From the NCBI GenBank assembly GCA_965248535.1, contig CBDFJR010000002.1:256001-320000 (forward strand): 64,000 nucleotides of DNA, given 5' to 3'. Origin of the DNA: Phormidesmis sp. (lineage in GTDB: Bacteria; Cyanobacteriota; Cyanobacteriia; Leptolyngbyales; Leptolyngbyaceae). The position numbers were made by a program, and so were the translations under genes. The notes under the pieces are model-generated. The model saw only the letters and a program-made list of their open reading frames with translations, did not search any database and was not told the origin of the DNA. Below, in pieces: positions 1 through 11,529 of this stretch (positions are counted from its first letter, which is position 1; each line of letters opens with the position of its first letter).

Positions 1-315
1 GAGCAGAAACTGATCGCTTCGGTGCAAGATCAAGTAGTTGCTGTGGCTGACCCTTATAGCAGTGGGTTGATTCAGGCGATTAAGCCCAACTTTGGCAGCA
101 GTCGGTTAAGCGTTTTGGTGGGCAACGGTTGGTATGGGCTGGAGCGATCGCAGCAAGATAAACTCGGTGACGACCTGTTGAAACGCGCTCAAGAACTCGA
201 TTTCAGCAGGTTAGAAATCACCGATGCCCAAGGAAATCTGCTGGCGCGCAGTCCGGTGGTTGGTTCAACGATGGTGATTTTAACGCGCAAGGCAGAAGCC
301 CAGAAAACCGTTTAA
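1..315 (+). CDS. Conserved cyanobacterial hypothetical protein, C-terminal part (5'-truncated by window edge)
   Basis: Frame is open from base 1 (EQKLIASVQDQV...) to TAA at 313-315; protein-like composition; convergent with nanE. Confidence 0.7.
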   Translation, partial: EQKLIASVQDQVVAVADPYSSGLIQAIKPNFGSSRLSVLVGNGWYGLERSQQDKLGDDLLKRAQELDFSRLEITDAQGNLLARSPVVGSTMVILTRKAEAQKTV

Positions 316-998
316 TCAGGCAGCACCGAGCGATAAGCCTTCACCAGCAAATCAATGCCTGTGATCGCCGTCCCCACAACTACGGTGGTTGCTCCTAGCT
401 CGATCGCTTGTCTCGCCATTTCTGGAGACGCAATTCCGCCTTCACAAATCACCGGGATTTTTAGCACTTTAACCATCTGAGTAAGCAGGTCAAATCCTGG
501 TGGTGCTAGGTGTTGAGTCTCAGCCGTGTAGCCGTAGAGAGTCGTGCCAACGCAATCGGCTCCAGCTTCAGCGGCCGCGATCGCCGCCTCTAACGAATCA
601 ACATCAGCCATCACAGGCTTGTTTAAGTCAGCGTGAATTTGAGCAATCAGCGCCGCCACCGTTGCACCACTGGGTCGATCGCGGAATGTGGCATCGATCG
701 CGATCACATCTGCGCCCGCCTCAGCAATTTTTGCCGCATGGTCAAATCGGGGCGTAATGTAAACGTCAGACCCCGAAATCTGCTGTTTCCAGAGACCAAT
801 AATCGGTTTATCGAGCCGTGATCGCACGGCCGCTACATGAGTTGGCGTATCGATTCTGACTCCGGCTGCTCCCTGGTTGACGGCAGCTTGGGCCATCGCA
901 GCAATCACGGCTGGCTCATGCAAGGGCGAGTCTACCGGAGCCTGACATGAAACCACCAGCCCCCCAAGACTCTGAATCACTTGAGAAAAATCAGCCAT
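312..998 (-). CDS. nanE: N-acetylmannosamine-6-phosphate 2-epimerase
   Basis: GLVVSCQA, PIIGLWK, VYITP, MADV, GTTLYGYT, EGGI and VVVGTAIT motifs. Confidence 0.93.
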   Translation of the reverse strand: MADFSQVIQSLGGLVVSCQAPVDSPLHEPAVIAAMAQAAVNQGAAGVRIDTPTHVAAVRSRLDKPIIGLWKQQISGSDVYITPRFDHAAKIAEAGADVIAIDATFRDRPSGATVAALIAQIHADLNKPVMADVDSLEAAIAAAEAGADCVGTTLYGYTAETQHLAPPGFDLLTQMVKVLKIPVICEGGIASPEMARQAIELGATTVVVGTAITGIDLLVKAYRSVLPD

Positions 999-1077
999 TC
1001 TTAGACTCCACTACTCCGCACAGGCATCATAGCAGGGGAGGCGATGGCTGACCTCAACCCTGAACTTCGAGAACTGC

Positions 1078-1629
1078 CTATTCACCTTTTGCAGCTTTGA
1101 CGTTGCTCAACGCCGACTGACTGATGGCCCGCCAGTCGCTTTGCTCGTCATAGCTGCTTCTCACCAACTCAGCGCCGACAAACATCCGGCAAAACAGCAC
1201 ACTTTCGTCACTGCCCGGTTGAGGCGCGATCGTGATCGGCATTCTAAGCTGCTGAGGGGTCAGCAAGGCAACCGACGACAGCAACCCTTTTGAGAAGTGA
1301 GAATCATGGCCAGACTCGACGCAATAGGGGCGATCGCCCTTAATAAATGCCTGAAGTTTAATGACTTCTTTGCCTCGTCGCTCGACTTTCTCAAATTTGA
1401 GGTCTTCGAGATAGCCTGTCAGCGCCGACTGCTGCACTGGGGTCACTTCTCCATCGCGAAGGGTATACCACGGGCAATTATTAGAGCGATTGGCGTAGAT
1501 CCACAGCGTGCTGGGAGTTTCGACGAGTCCCAGTTTGGGCTGTTTGAGTTGGTCAAGAATTTGACTCAACAGGGCGTTTTGCTGAGCGAGAGCGGCTAGC
1601 AGTTGGGCAGTTTCAGAAAGGGTTTGCAT
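1078..1629 (-). CDS. Hypothetical protein (183 aa), N-terminal coiled coil plus beta-rich domain
   Basis: ATG with AGGA upstream on the minus strand; own promoter-like elements; no recognised catalytic motif. Confidence 0.8.
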   Translation of the reverse strand: MQTLSETAQLLAALAQQNALLSQILDQLKQPKLGLVETPSTLWIYANRSNNCPWYTLRDGEVTPVQQSALTGYLEDLKFEKVERRGKEVIKLQAFIKGDRPYCVESGHDSHFSKGLLSSVALLTPQQLRMPITIAPQPGSDESVLFCRMFVGAELVRSSYDEQSDWRAISQSALSNVKAAKGE

Positions 1630-1681
1630 GATCGATTCCTGCTGAGGAGGGTGAGCAATTAGTGACTTAACTCAAGAAGTT

Positions 1682-1731
1682 TTATAGGACATACGTTCTA
1701 TAATTTTAGTGGTTTATCAAGAGACTGTCAG
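1682..1731 (-). promoter_or_regulatory. Predicted sigma70-type promoter with adjacent LexA-like palindromic operator
   Basis: Minus strand CTGACA (1731-1726), 17 bp spacer, TAAAAT (1708-1703), then TTATAGAAC-GTAT-GTCCTATAA (1703-1682), an 8/9 inverted repeat. Confidence 0.55.
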
Positions 1732-1779
1732 CAGTTTGGGCCGATCGCCTCGTGACTTGATCCTCCTCAGCTTTCCCGA

Positions 1780-3570
<1,791 letters not shown>

Positions 3571-3589
3571 CTACCGAGTCGTCGGTCTA

Positions 3590-3997
3590 CTAGCTGCTTG
3601 ACTTGGCATTCGCTGGGTGCAGCTTTTGACGCTGCTCATCGGTTAAAACTGCATCTTCTTGGCTGCGTCCCTGCTTTCTGATTGCTGCTACTCTGGTTTT
3701 TTGTTCGCTGGTGAGCTTGATAGAAGCCATCGCTTTGCGGAAGGATTGCCCTTTGCCGCGAGCCGCTTCTAGCTGAGACTGTTGCTCAGGAGTCAGCACC
3801 TTTTGAATCTCTGCATGGGTCATCTCTTGAATCTTTTTAATCTCTGCCTTTTGGTCAGCCGTGAGCTTCAAATCTAAAGGAGCTTTAGCTTGAGTCAGCA
3901 GAGTCGGAGATTGAGCAAAAGCAGGAATCATCGGAACGCAGGTCAGTGTTGCAGCTAGCAGTGCACCGGGGAGGAGCTTGATCAGGTTTAAGTTCAT
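3590..3997 (-). CDS. Spy/CpxP-like periplasmic chaperone
   Basis: Signal peptide (AFA) plus four LTxxQ repeats (LTADQ, LTPEQ, LTSEQ, LTDEQ). Confidence 0.85.
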   Translation of the reverse strand: MNLNLIKLLPGALLAATLTCVPMIPAFAQSPTLLTQAKAPLDLKLTADQKAEIKKIQEMTHAEIQKVLTPEQQSQLEAARGKGQSFRKAMASIKLTSEQKTRVAAIRKQGRSQEDAVLTDEQRQKLHPANAKSSS

Positions 3998-4076
3998 CGT
4001 TGGTAGTGAAAGGGTAGGTTTACGATCGAGCCAAATGATTTTGGCAACACGAAAAAATCAACGTCGCGGATCAGGT

Positions 4077-4310
4077 CTAGCTAGCAAACTCAATTTCATA
4101 GTTGCCGTCACTATCGACCGTGACTTGATTGCCTTCATCGTCGATCGTCGAGATAGCAACGTTACCGTCTTCATCGGCGCAAACTGCCGTGTCAACACCG
4201 TTGTGAGCGCATTCGACTTCTCCACCTGCTTTTGCAGAGTGAGCAAACACCAGTAGACTAGCGGCTGTCACCATTGCAACCGTGCAAACAGAAAAAAGTT
4301 TTTTCATCAT
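4077..4310 (-). CDS. Small secreted acidic protein
   Basis: Classical signal peptide ending AKA; ~49-aa acidic mature part with 2 Cys and three DxxGN units. Confidence 0.75.
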   Translation of the reverse strand: MMKKLFSVCTVAMVTAASLLVFAHSAKAGGEVECAHNGVDTAVCADEDGNVAISTIDDEGNQVTVDSDGNYEIEFAS

Positions 4311-4573
4311 AGTCGGCGGTATCCAAAGTGTGAACTAACCCCATCCAAGGCTAGCAATGGGTCTAACCTAGCCAAGAAACCGCTTTTCTCTATGAGAAGA
4401 ACTTCTGTGAACGATCAAAAGGTTAATCGAGACTCTGTTAATTTTACGGATTGCTGAGTTGAGGGAAAGGATAAGGACGAGTCAACTTTCAGCAGGCAAC
4501 AATTCCATCACAGGTCTGCCTTTGCACTAAGATACGACCACAGTTTACGATCGCTCCCTCTCCCCTATCCTCT

Positions 4574-6352
4574 ATGCAAAGATTTCTAGGGCTGGCATTT
4601 TTGATGGTGCTGCTGGTGACGCTGCCAAGTTGGGCTAGCCAATCGCTGGGGGTGGCCTATCCGCCTGCTGATCACCAAACGACAGCATCGCGAATTTTTT
4701 TGATTGGCACGGCTCCGATCGGGGGACAAGTTTCGGTCAATGGTCGCGCCATCGATCGCAGCCCCGGCGGACATTTTGCCCCCAGTTTTCCCTTGCAGTT
4801 AGGTGATAATTTATTTTCTCTGCGCTATCAAACGCAAGAACTCAAGATTAAGGTAACGCGCAAATCGGCAGAGCCGCCTGCCCCGACCGGATTGGCGTTT
4901 GGTCAAAATTCTTTAATGCCGATCGCAAATATTGCCCGGTTGCCCGGAGAGTTGGTTTGTTTTGGAGCCGTCGCGCCTGCCAATGCAATGGTGTCGGTTA
5001 AACTGGCCGATCGGATCATTCCGCTCCAGCAGCAAACAGCGATCGTCACCTTGCCCGAAAATTCCGGCGTGTTAACCGGATTAACTCAACCCACGAGCGC
5101 CAGCGAAGCAGGACAGTATGCAGGATGCGTTAAAGCTGAGGCGGCTGGAGAATTGGGTCAGCCTCAATATCTGCTCAACGTCAAGGGAGCCAGCTTTGCT
5201 CAAGTGGCTCCTGGAGCAATCAGAATTCTCGCTCCTGCCCAGCTAGAAGTGGCCGAAGTCACGGCTGATCAGGGCGTTGCTCGAACTGGAGCCAGCACCG
5301 ATTATTCTCGCTTGACCCCGCTGCCCAAAGGAACTCGTGCCACCGTGACCGGGCAAGATGGAGAATGGCTCAGGCTCGACTATGGGGGATGGATTAAGAA
5401 GAGTGAGACGAAAATTGTGGACAGTTCGGTGCCTGTGCGATCGCTGATTCGTGGCATCACCTCCCGTCAAACCGGGGCTTGGACAGAGATCCGGTTCCCG
5501 CTGCAAGTGCCCATTCCAATTACAGTTCAGCAAAGCCAAAACACCTTTGTTTTAACGCTCTATGACACCACGGCTCAGACTGATACGATTCGCCTCAGCA
5601 GCAATCCGTTGGTCACTTTTTTAAACTGGCAGCAAGTCGAACCCGGCAAAGTTGAGTATCGATTCTTGCTCAAGTCTTCTCAGCAGTGGGGCTATAAGCT
5701 TAGATATGACGGCACCACGCTGGTTTTGTCGCTGCGAAAGCCGCCGATCGTGCCCAGCAACCCGCAAAAATCTCTGACAGGGGTGCGAATTTTGCTTGAC
5801 CCAGGGCACGGCGGGCCAGAGGATTTTGGGTCGAGAGGCCCGACGGGCTATCCTGAAAAAGAAGTGGCCTTGCTGTTGGCGAAATTAGTGCGATCGCATC
5901 TCATCCAGCGCGGGGCGATTGTGACGATGACGCGGGAAGCAGATGTGGACTTGTTGCCCAACGATCGGGCCGCGATGATTCAAAAAACAGAGCCAGCGAT
6001 CGCCATTAGCCTGCACTACAATGCGTTGCCCGATGATGGTGACGCAATCAACACGCAAGGCGTGGCCGCCTTTTGGTATCATCCTCAAGCCCATGACTTA
6101 GCGGCGTTTTTGCAGAATTATTTGGTCAAAAAGCTCGATCGTCCTTCTTATGGAGTGTTTTGGAACAATTTAGCCTTGACTCGCCCGACGGTCGCCCCGT
6201 CTATCTTGTTAGAGCTAGGCTTTATGATCAACCCTCACGAATTTGAATGGATCATTAATCCGCAGGCACAGCAGACCCTAGCGGTCACCCTCGCTGATGG
6301 AATCACAGAATGGTTAGGGCAAAACCGTGAGCCGATCGCGAACAGTCATTAG
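4574..6352 (+). CDS. N-acetylmuramoyl-L-alanine amidase (Amidase_3) with SH3-like domain
   Basis: Signal peptide; ILLDPGHGG, EKEV, ISLHYNA and SILLELGFM zinc-amidase motifs. Confidence 0.92.
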   Translation: MQRFLGLAFLMVLLVTLPSWASQSLGVAYPPADHQTTASRIFLIGTAPIGGQVSVNGRAIDRSPGGHFAPSFPLQLGDNLFSLRYQTQELKIKVTRKSAEPPAPTGLAFGQNSLMPIANIARLPGELVCFGAVAPANAMVSVKLADRIIPLQQQTAIVTLPENSGVLTGLTQPTSASEAGQYAGCVKAEAAGELGQPQYLLNVKGASFAQVAPGAIRILAPAQLEVAEVTADQGVARTGASTDYSRLTPLPKGTRATVTGQDGEWLRLDYGGWIKKSETKIVDSSVPVRSLIRGITSRQTGAWTEIRFPLQVPIPITVQQSQNTFVLTLYDTTAQTDTIRLSSNPLVTFLNWQQVEPGKVEYRFLLKSSQQWGYKLRYDGTTLVLSLRKPPIVPSNPQKSLTGVRILLDPGHGGPEDFGSRGPTGYPEKEVALLLAKLVRSHLIQRGAIVTMTREADVDLLPNDRAAMIQKTEPAIAISLHYNALPDDGDAINTQGVAAFWYHPQAHDLAAFLQNYLVKKLDRPSYGVFWNNLALTRPTVAPSILLELGFMINPHEFEWIINPQAQQTLAVTLADGITEWLGQNREPIANSH

Positions 6353-6385
6353 AATGGTAAGAACACCACAAGGGGAGCGCAATTG

Positions 6386-7090
6386 ATGCCGGGGCAACTA
6401 GTATTAGTCGATGATGAACCGGGACTCCGCGAAGCGGTGCAAGCCTATTTAGAAGACAGTGGTTTTGTAGTCAACACAGCCAGCAATGCCAAAGAAGGCT
6501 GGGAACTGGTTCAGCAAAAACTACCTGACCTGGTGATCACGGATGTGATGATGCCTCAGGTCGATGGCTACCAGTTTCTTAAACAACTCCGAGAAGATCC
6601 TAGATTTCAATCGCTGCCCGTGGTCTTTCTCACGGCTAGAGGCATGACGGGCGATCGCATTCAGGGCTATGCGGCGGGCTGTGATGCCTATTTGCCCAAA
6701 CCCTTTGACCCTGATGAACTGGTGGCGATCGTGACTCGCTTGCTCAAACAGCGTGAATCGCTGAAAGCATCGGGTGGCAGCGGTGAAGCGCCCGACGTTG
6801 CCGACATGGCCCGCCAAATCGCCGAAATCAAAGCCATCTTGACCCAGCGCGGGGCCATCGTTCAATCAACGTCTTCAGTCAAGCTTGACTTTACTCCTAG
6901 AGAGCAAAGCGTTTTAGATCTGGTTGTAGACGGTCTGATGAATAAAGAAATTGCTCGTCGGTTAGAAACCAGCGTTCGCAACGTCGAAAAATATGTCAGT
7001 CGTCTATTCACTAAAACAGGCACCAATAGCCGGACGGAGCTAGTGCGATTTGCGCTAGAAAACGGCTTGACTACCTCAGCTACTCACTGA
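6386..7090 (+). CDS. ycf29: NarL/LuxR-family response regulator, Rre1/Ycf29-like
   Basis: Receiver LVLVDDE...DVMMP...FLTA...KPF; C-terminal TPREQSVLDLVVDGLMNKEIARRL...SVRNVEKYVSRLFTKTGTNSRTELVRFA. Confidence 0.8.
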   Translation: MPGQLVLVDDEPGLREAVQAYLEDSGFVVNTASNAKEGWELVQQKLPDLVITDVMMPQVDGYQFLKQLREDPRFQSLPVVFLTARGMTGDRIQGYAAGCDAYLPKPFDPDELVAIVTRLLKQRESLKASGGSGEAPDVADMARQIAEIKAILTQRGAIVQSTSSVKLDFTPREQSVLDLVVDGLMNKEIARRLETSVRNVEKYVSRLFTKTGTNSRTELVRFALENGLTTSATH

Positions 7091-7937
7091 CTGAATTCTC
7101 GAAGATGATCCGAAAGGTGGTGCGATCGGTGCTCTCAATCTCTAGCGTTCCTTCAAGTTGGTGAACCAATGACTGAATGAGTTGCAGCCCTAACGAATCT
7201 GTGCGGCTCAGATCAAAATCAGCAGGCAAGTTGCTGCCGCTGTTGCTGACGGTTAAAACAATCTGTCTCGTCAAGCGACGTTCGAGGGTGACCACCACTT
7301 CGCCGACTGAGGCTTCTGAAAACCCGTGCTTGATAGCATTTGAGATCAACTCATTGAGAATCAAAGCGGCTGGGATAGCGCGATCGGGGCTAACTGCGAT
7401 CTCAGCCCTCGCGTCTACTCGCAGATTAATTCTAGCTGGCTCGATCGCATAGATCCGAAACACCATAACGGCGAGATTTTGGACGTAATCTGTGAAGTTG
7501 ATTTGGGTTAAAGTCTGAGACTGATAGAGATTTTCATGGACTAGCGCAATCAGACTAATTCGGCTTTGATTGGCTCTCAGCAGTTCGCGGGTTTTTGCAT
7601 CCTCGGTTTGCATTACCTGCATATCGAGCAAGCTAGAAACGACTTGCAGATTATTTTTGACCCGATGATGAGTTTCTCTGAGCAGCACGTCTCTCTCTTG
7701 TAGAGAGGCTTGCAGTTGAGTTTCTCGCTGAGTTTGAGCAGACTCATTGGGTGGTTCTACTGGATGATCGAGCGTCTCCTGTAAGGTTTGCAGCACGTTT
7801 AAAGCAGAGTGCAACTCTTCCAAGATTTGATTTTGCAAATCAAGGCTTGAGATGGGTTCTGCTTGAATACGATCGCGCAATCGAATCAGGCGCTCTCGTA
7901 TTGCCCCTATCTGTTGGGCAACCCCGCTATTAGTCAT
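7080..7937 (-). CDS. Cytoplasmic sensor histidine kinase, HisKA_2 type
   Basis: ETHHRVKNNLQVVSSLL H-box, LILNELISNAIKH N-box, SLGLQLI G-box; short coiled-coil N-terminus. Confidence 0.9.
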   Translation of the reverse strand: MTNSGVAQQIGAIRERLIRLRDRIQAEPISSLDLQNQILEELHSALNVLQTLQETLDHPVEPPNESAQTQRETQLQASLQERDVLLRETHHRVKNNLQVVSSLLDMQVMQTEDAKTRELLRANQSRISLIALVHENLYQSQTLTQINFTDYVQNLAVMVFRIYAIEPARINLRVDARAEIAVSPDRAIPAALILNELISNAIKHGFSEASVGEVVVTLERRLTRQIVLTVSNSGSNLPADFDLSRTDSLGLQLIQSLVHQLEGTLEIESTDRTTFRIIFENSVSE

Positions 7938-8331
7938 TTCAAATTCAATCCATGTGTTCAGGAACTCAGGTCAAACATCAGCCGCTCACCAGAATTAGCA
8001 CAACGTCGCGGTTTGGCTAATCTGCGGTAAAGAGCGCTGCTGATCTGCAAACCAGTTTTGTTAGGGTGGATGCAGATGGGTCATGATAAAGAGCCTTGCA
8101 CACCTTGATGATCCAACCTATCACGCCCCTTGTCTGCACTCCTTGATCGTGTGCCACTTTTCTACAGCTAGCGCCTCAAACCCCGCCGCTAACCGTGTTT
8201 CGCCATAATGCTCCCCGATCGCAAAATACGATCGTGGCTATAGAGAACGCTTAGGGTAATTTAAAGGCCTTCTTCAAATTCGCTATAGTAACGACAAGTA
8301 ACAAAATAAGCGAATTCACTTTTGAGGCGTT

Positions 8332-9045
8332 ATGGCTGCTAATCTTGCGACCGTTTCAATATCCGAGAAGCCAACAGCGCAGGATGTGGCGGCCCTCAGA
8401 CAGGTTTTTAGGTCAATCAATGCGGAGAGTTGTCCGCAGGTCTACAACTTTCACATGCACACCAATCACTCAGACGGGCAATTGCAGCCTGAGCTGTTGA
8501 TGAAGCAAGCGATCGCGCTTTCCCTGACGGGGTTTGCAATCACCGATCACCATCGGGTAAGTGGCTACAAAGTCGCGCAGCAGTGGTTTGATCGTTGGCG
8601 CACTTCTGCTGCTGCTCTCGGCAAAACGATTCCTCACTTTTGGGTCGGCGCTGAAATCACCTCTCAACTGCTCGAAACTGAGGTGCACATTTTGGCGTTT
8701 GCCTTTGACCCAGAGCATGACGCGATCGTGCCCTATCTACAGGGCGAAGCCCCTAAAGGAGACGCAGCCCAAGCGTCGCAGGTCATTGATGCCATTCACC
8801 ACGCGGGCGGTTTGGCAGTGTTGGCGCACCCCGTTCGCTATCGACGATCGCCCGATGATTTGATTCCGGCTGCGGTTGATTGCGGCATTGATGGGGTAGA
8901 AACCTATTATGCCTACAACAACCCAAAGCCGTGGCGGGCCAGCCCTAGCGAGACTCAGCGGGTTCGGCAGTTGAGTGACACCCATCAGTTGCTTAACACC
9001 TGCGGCACTGACACCCATGGGTTGAGCCTGCTGCAACGAATTTGA
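8332..9045 (+). CDS. PHP-domain metal-dependent phosphoesterase
   Basis: FHMHTNHSDG, AITDHH, GAEIT, LAHP, DGVETYY, GTDTHG. Confidence 0.92.
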   Translation: MAANLATVSISEKPTAQDVAALRQVFRSINAESCPQVYNFHMHTNHSDGQLQPELLMKQAIALSLTGFAITDHHRVSGYKVAQQWFDRWRTSAAALGKTIPHFWVGAEITSQLLETEVHILAFAFDPEHDAIVPYLQGEAPKGDAAQASQVIDAIHHAGGLAVLAHPVRYRRSPDDLIPAAVDCGIDGVETYYAYNNPKPWRASPSETQRVRQLSDTHQLLNTCGTDTHGLSLLQRI

Positions 9046-9063
9046 GGCGGCGATCGTCAAATT

Positions 9064-9102
9064 AGGGCAGCGGCAACTTAAATGAGGTCTCTGCCCTTTT
9101 TG
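9064..9102 (+). terminator. Possible intrinsic terminator after the PHP gene
   Basis: AGGGCAG...CTGCCCT stem followed by a T run; large loop. Confidence 0.45.
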
Positions 9103-9459
9103 ATGACCAAAAATCTGAATTTATCGGTTCAGAACTGTTAACTAAAGTAAAGGATTTTCATTTAGATCGTCTGGCTCAGATCGCGGTTTTTTCATCTACT
9201 TTAAGAACTGTGGTCAAGTTTAGTTCATCTGAGACATTAGTGCGATGAAGCCAATGCAGGTCATAGCGAGTAATACAACCATTCCGATCGACTGACCGAG
9301 GTGTCTTTGAGAGGATTGCATAATATTGCCTTAATGTTAGTGAGTCATCACAAGATATCAGACTTCTCTCAGGTTCCTGTGAAAACGCAACGTAACTTAG
9401 ATTTGCTTAATCTATCTTAAAAAACTCCTCAGATTGGTGTTCTAGGGGAGCGGTGCGGG

Positions 9460-10755
9460 CTAGCCGCCATAGATAATTTCATTGCGCGTCGATGCGCCGA
9501 GGGTAGCGCGTCTCGTTCCCACCCAAGCGCTTGGCTCAATCATTTTGGGAGACGGCATTCTGCCCCACTGTTGCTGAAGCGCTTTTAAAAAAACTTCCTG
9601 CTGCTTTCGCAACTGGCTGATGTTGGTGCCGCGATTGATGACTGCGAACCAGACAAACCCGCGATCGTGGGTGGGCAATACACCCGTCAAGGCGCTCACC
9701 TCACTGAGGGTGCCTGTTTTGACCACTGCGGACGGTGGGAGATCTCGGTCTTCTAAGGTGCCTTCATGATCCCACCCTGAGACGGGAAACAGGTCAGCGA
9801 TCGTCATGTTGCGCGGCTGAAGGTAGTGATCGATCGCAGCAAACATCGCACAGGCAGCACGAGGCGAAATTCGATTATTCATGCTCAACCCCGACCCATT
9901 GACAAGCTGAATCTCGGTGGGAGAGACTCCTGCGGCAGTGGCTGCTGTTTGAATCGTTGCCTGAATGCCGCCTAGATTGTCGGATAGCATCTGAGACATC
10001 TCGTTTTGGCTATAGACATTCATGCGTTTGAGCAAATCTGTCAACGGCAGCGATCGGTGTCTCAGCAGCAGAATTTGTTTAGGCAGGGGCACGAGTGCGG
10101 ATAGAGCCTTAACCGAACCGTTGATCTCGATCGTCGGGCGCGGGGTGTCTTTTGGCAACGGCTGATCGGCTGCCGTTGCGTCTTCATTCCAAGTTTTTGA
10201 GTTGAGGGCTTGTTTGAGTCGCTCTCCAGATTTAGCGCGATCGTCGTCAAAGCTCATCATAAAGTTACCCACGATCAGCAGATTTCCGGTGATGCGTGAG
10301 ATGCCAATTTTTTTGAGAGACTGCCCCAGCGCGATCGCCTCTTCCTCGACAAAGAGCGGGTCGCCGCCGCCTTGAATCACCAGATCTCCCTGCAAAACGC
10401 CATGCTGGATCGGGCCGGTGGCCGCGATCAGGGTCTCAAACTGATGATCTGGGCCCCAGGTTTCTAGAGCCGCTAGCGTGGTTGCCAACTTGGTGATCGA
10501 AGCGGCCGGGAGCGGCGTGGTGCCTTGATTGGCTGCTAATAATTTTGACCCTGATTGCAGCCAGATTCCTTGGGTTGTCTCGCTCAACCCCTGACTGGCA
10601 AGCTGCTTAAGATAGTTCTGCATCATTTGTTCTGCCCCGCGATCGGTCTTTTCTTGCAGACTCGATCGCTCGATTTGTAGAGAATTGAACGAGTCTGGCA
10701 CCCCTGCCATGGTTAACCAGAGCGACATCAATTCAGGGCTAAAGAATTCCAGCAA
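9460..10755 (-). CDS. dacB: D-alanyl-D-alanine carboxypeptidase/endopeptidase (peptidase S13, PBP4 type)
   Basis: PAASITK (SxxK), SQN (SxN), KTGTL, GGGDP, NGSGLS. Confidence 0.9.
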   Translation of the reverse strand: MLEFFSPELMSLWLTMAGVPDSFNSLQIERSSLQEKTDRGAEQMMQNYLKQLASQGLSETTQGIWLQSGSKLLAANQGTTPLPAASITKLATTLAALETWGPDHQFETLIAATGPIQHGVLQGDLVIQGGGDPLFVEEEAIALGQSLKKIGISRITGNLLIVGNFMMSFDDDRAKSGERLKQALNSKTWNEDATAADQPLPKDTPRPTIEINGSVKALSALVPLPKQILLLRHRSLPLTDLLKRMNVYSQNEMSQMLSDNLGGIQATIQTAATAAGVSPTEIQLVNGSGLSMNNRISPRAACAMFAAIDHYLQPRNMTIADLFPVSGWDHEGTLEDRDLPPSAVVKTGTLSEVSALTGVLPTHDRGFVWFAVINRGTNISQLRKQQEVFLKALQQQWGRMPSPKMIEPSAWVGTRRATLGASTRNEIIYGG

Positions 10756-10810
10756 GCCACGTCTCCTGTCAGAATAAACAAAGGGGATTGAGAGATTTGA
10801 GCGCGAAAAA

Positions 10811-11473
10811 ATGGCAAAACCTGACCAAAATCAAGGGCTGAGACAACTTCCGATCGTGGTGGGCACGATAGCAGGTATTCTACTGTTCACCAATCGACTT
10901 TTAACACCGAGTTTGACCGATTCACAAGCTCGATCAGATGCCCTAGGAGTGATTCTCAGTGCCTTGCTGATTTTGACTGGGCTGCTTTGGCAACGAGTCC
11001 AACCGAGAACGCCAGAAAGCGTCGAGCTAGTGGGTGAACAAGGGTTTGAGCTTTTGCCTGACCTGCCCGATGGGGTCAAGACCGAGCTTGCGTGGGCATC
11101 ACACCTGCTGTTGACCAACACAGTGACTAAATCGATCGTCGTTTATTATCGCGGTGAGGTGCTGCTGCGGCGCGGCATTCTCAGTCCTCAGGCTCAGGTT
11201 AAACCAGGAGCCATTTTACAACGAGTTTTAGACAAACATCAGGCAGTCTATCTCGTCGCTTTGGCGATCTACCCAGGACGCTTTGAGTTTGATTATTTGC
11301 CAGAAAACACCCAAGGCGTGATCTGTCAGCCGATCGGGACTGAAGGCGTGCTGATTTTAGGAGCCAATGCCCCGCGCAGCTACACCCGTCAAGACGAGAA
11401 TTGGGTCGCCGCGATCGCTGAGAAGCTTGACCACACTCTCACTGCATCCCTTGAATCGACAACTCAAGGTTAA
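10811..11473 (+). CDS. Cofactor assembly of complex C subunit B (CCB2/CCB4 family; cytochrome b6 heme ci assembly)
   Basis: Two N-terminal TM helices, ELAWASHLLLTNT, YPGRFEFDYLPENTQGVICQP. Confidence 0.82.
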   Translation: MAKPDQNQGLRQLPIVVGTIAGILLFTNRLLTPSLTDSQARSDALGVILSALLILTGLLWQRVQPRTPESVELVGEQGFELLPDLPDGVKTELAWASHLLLTNTVTKSIVVYYRGEVLLRRGILSPQAQVKPGAILQRVLDKHQAVYLVALAIYPGRFEFDYLPENTQGVICQPIGTEGVLILGANAPRSYTRQDENWVAAIAEKLDHTLTASLESTTQG

Positions 11474-11529
11474 CCTTGCTGATTCAACTTCTACGCTAAC
11501 GTAGTAACATCCCCTAGCTAACGTTTCCC

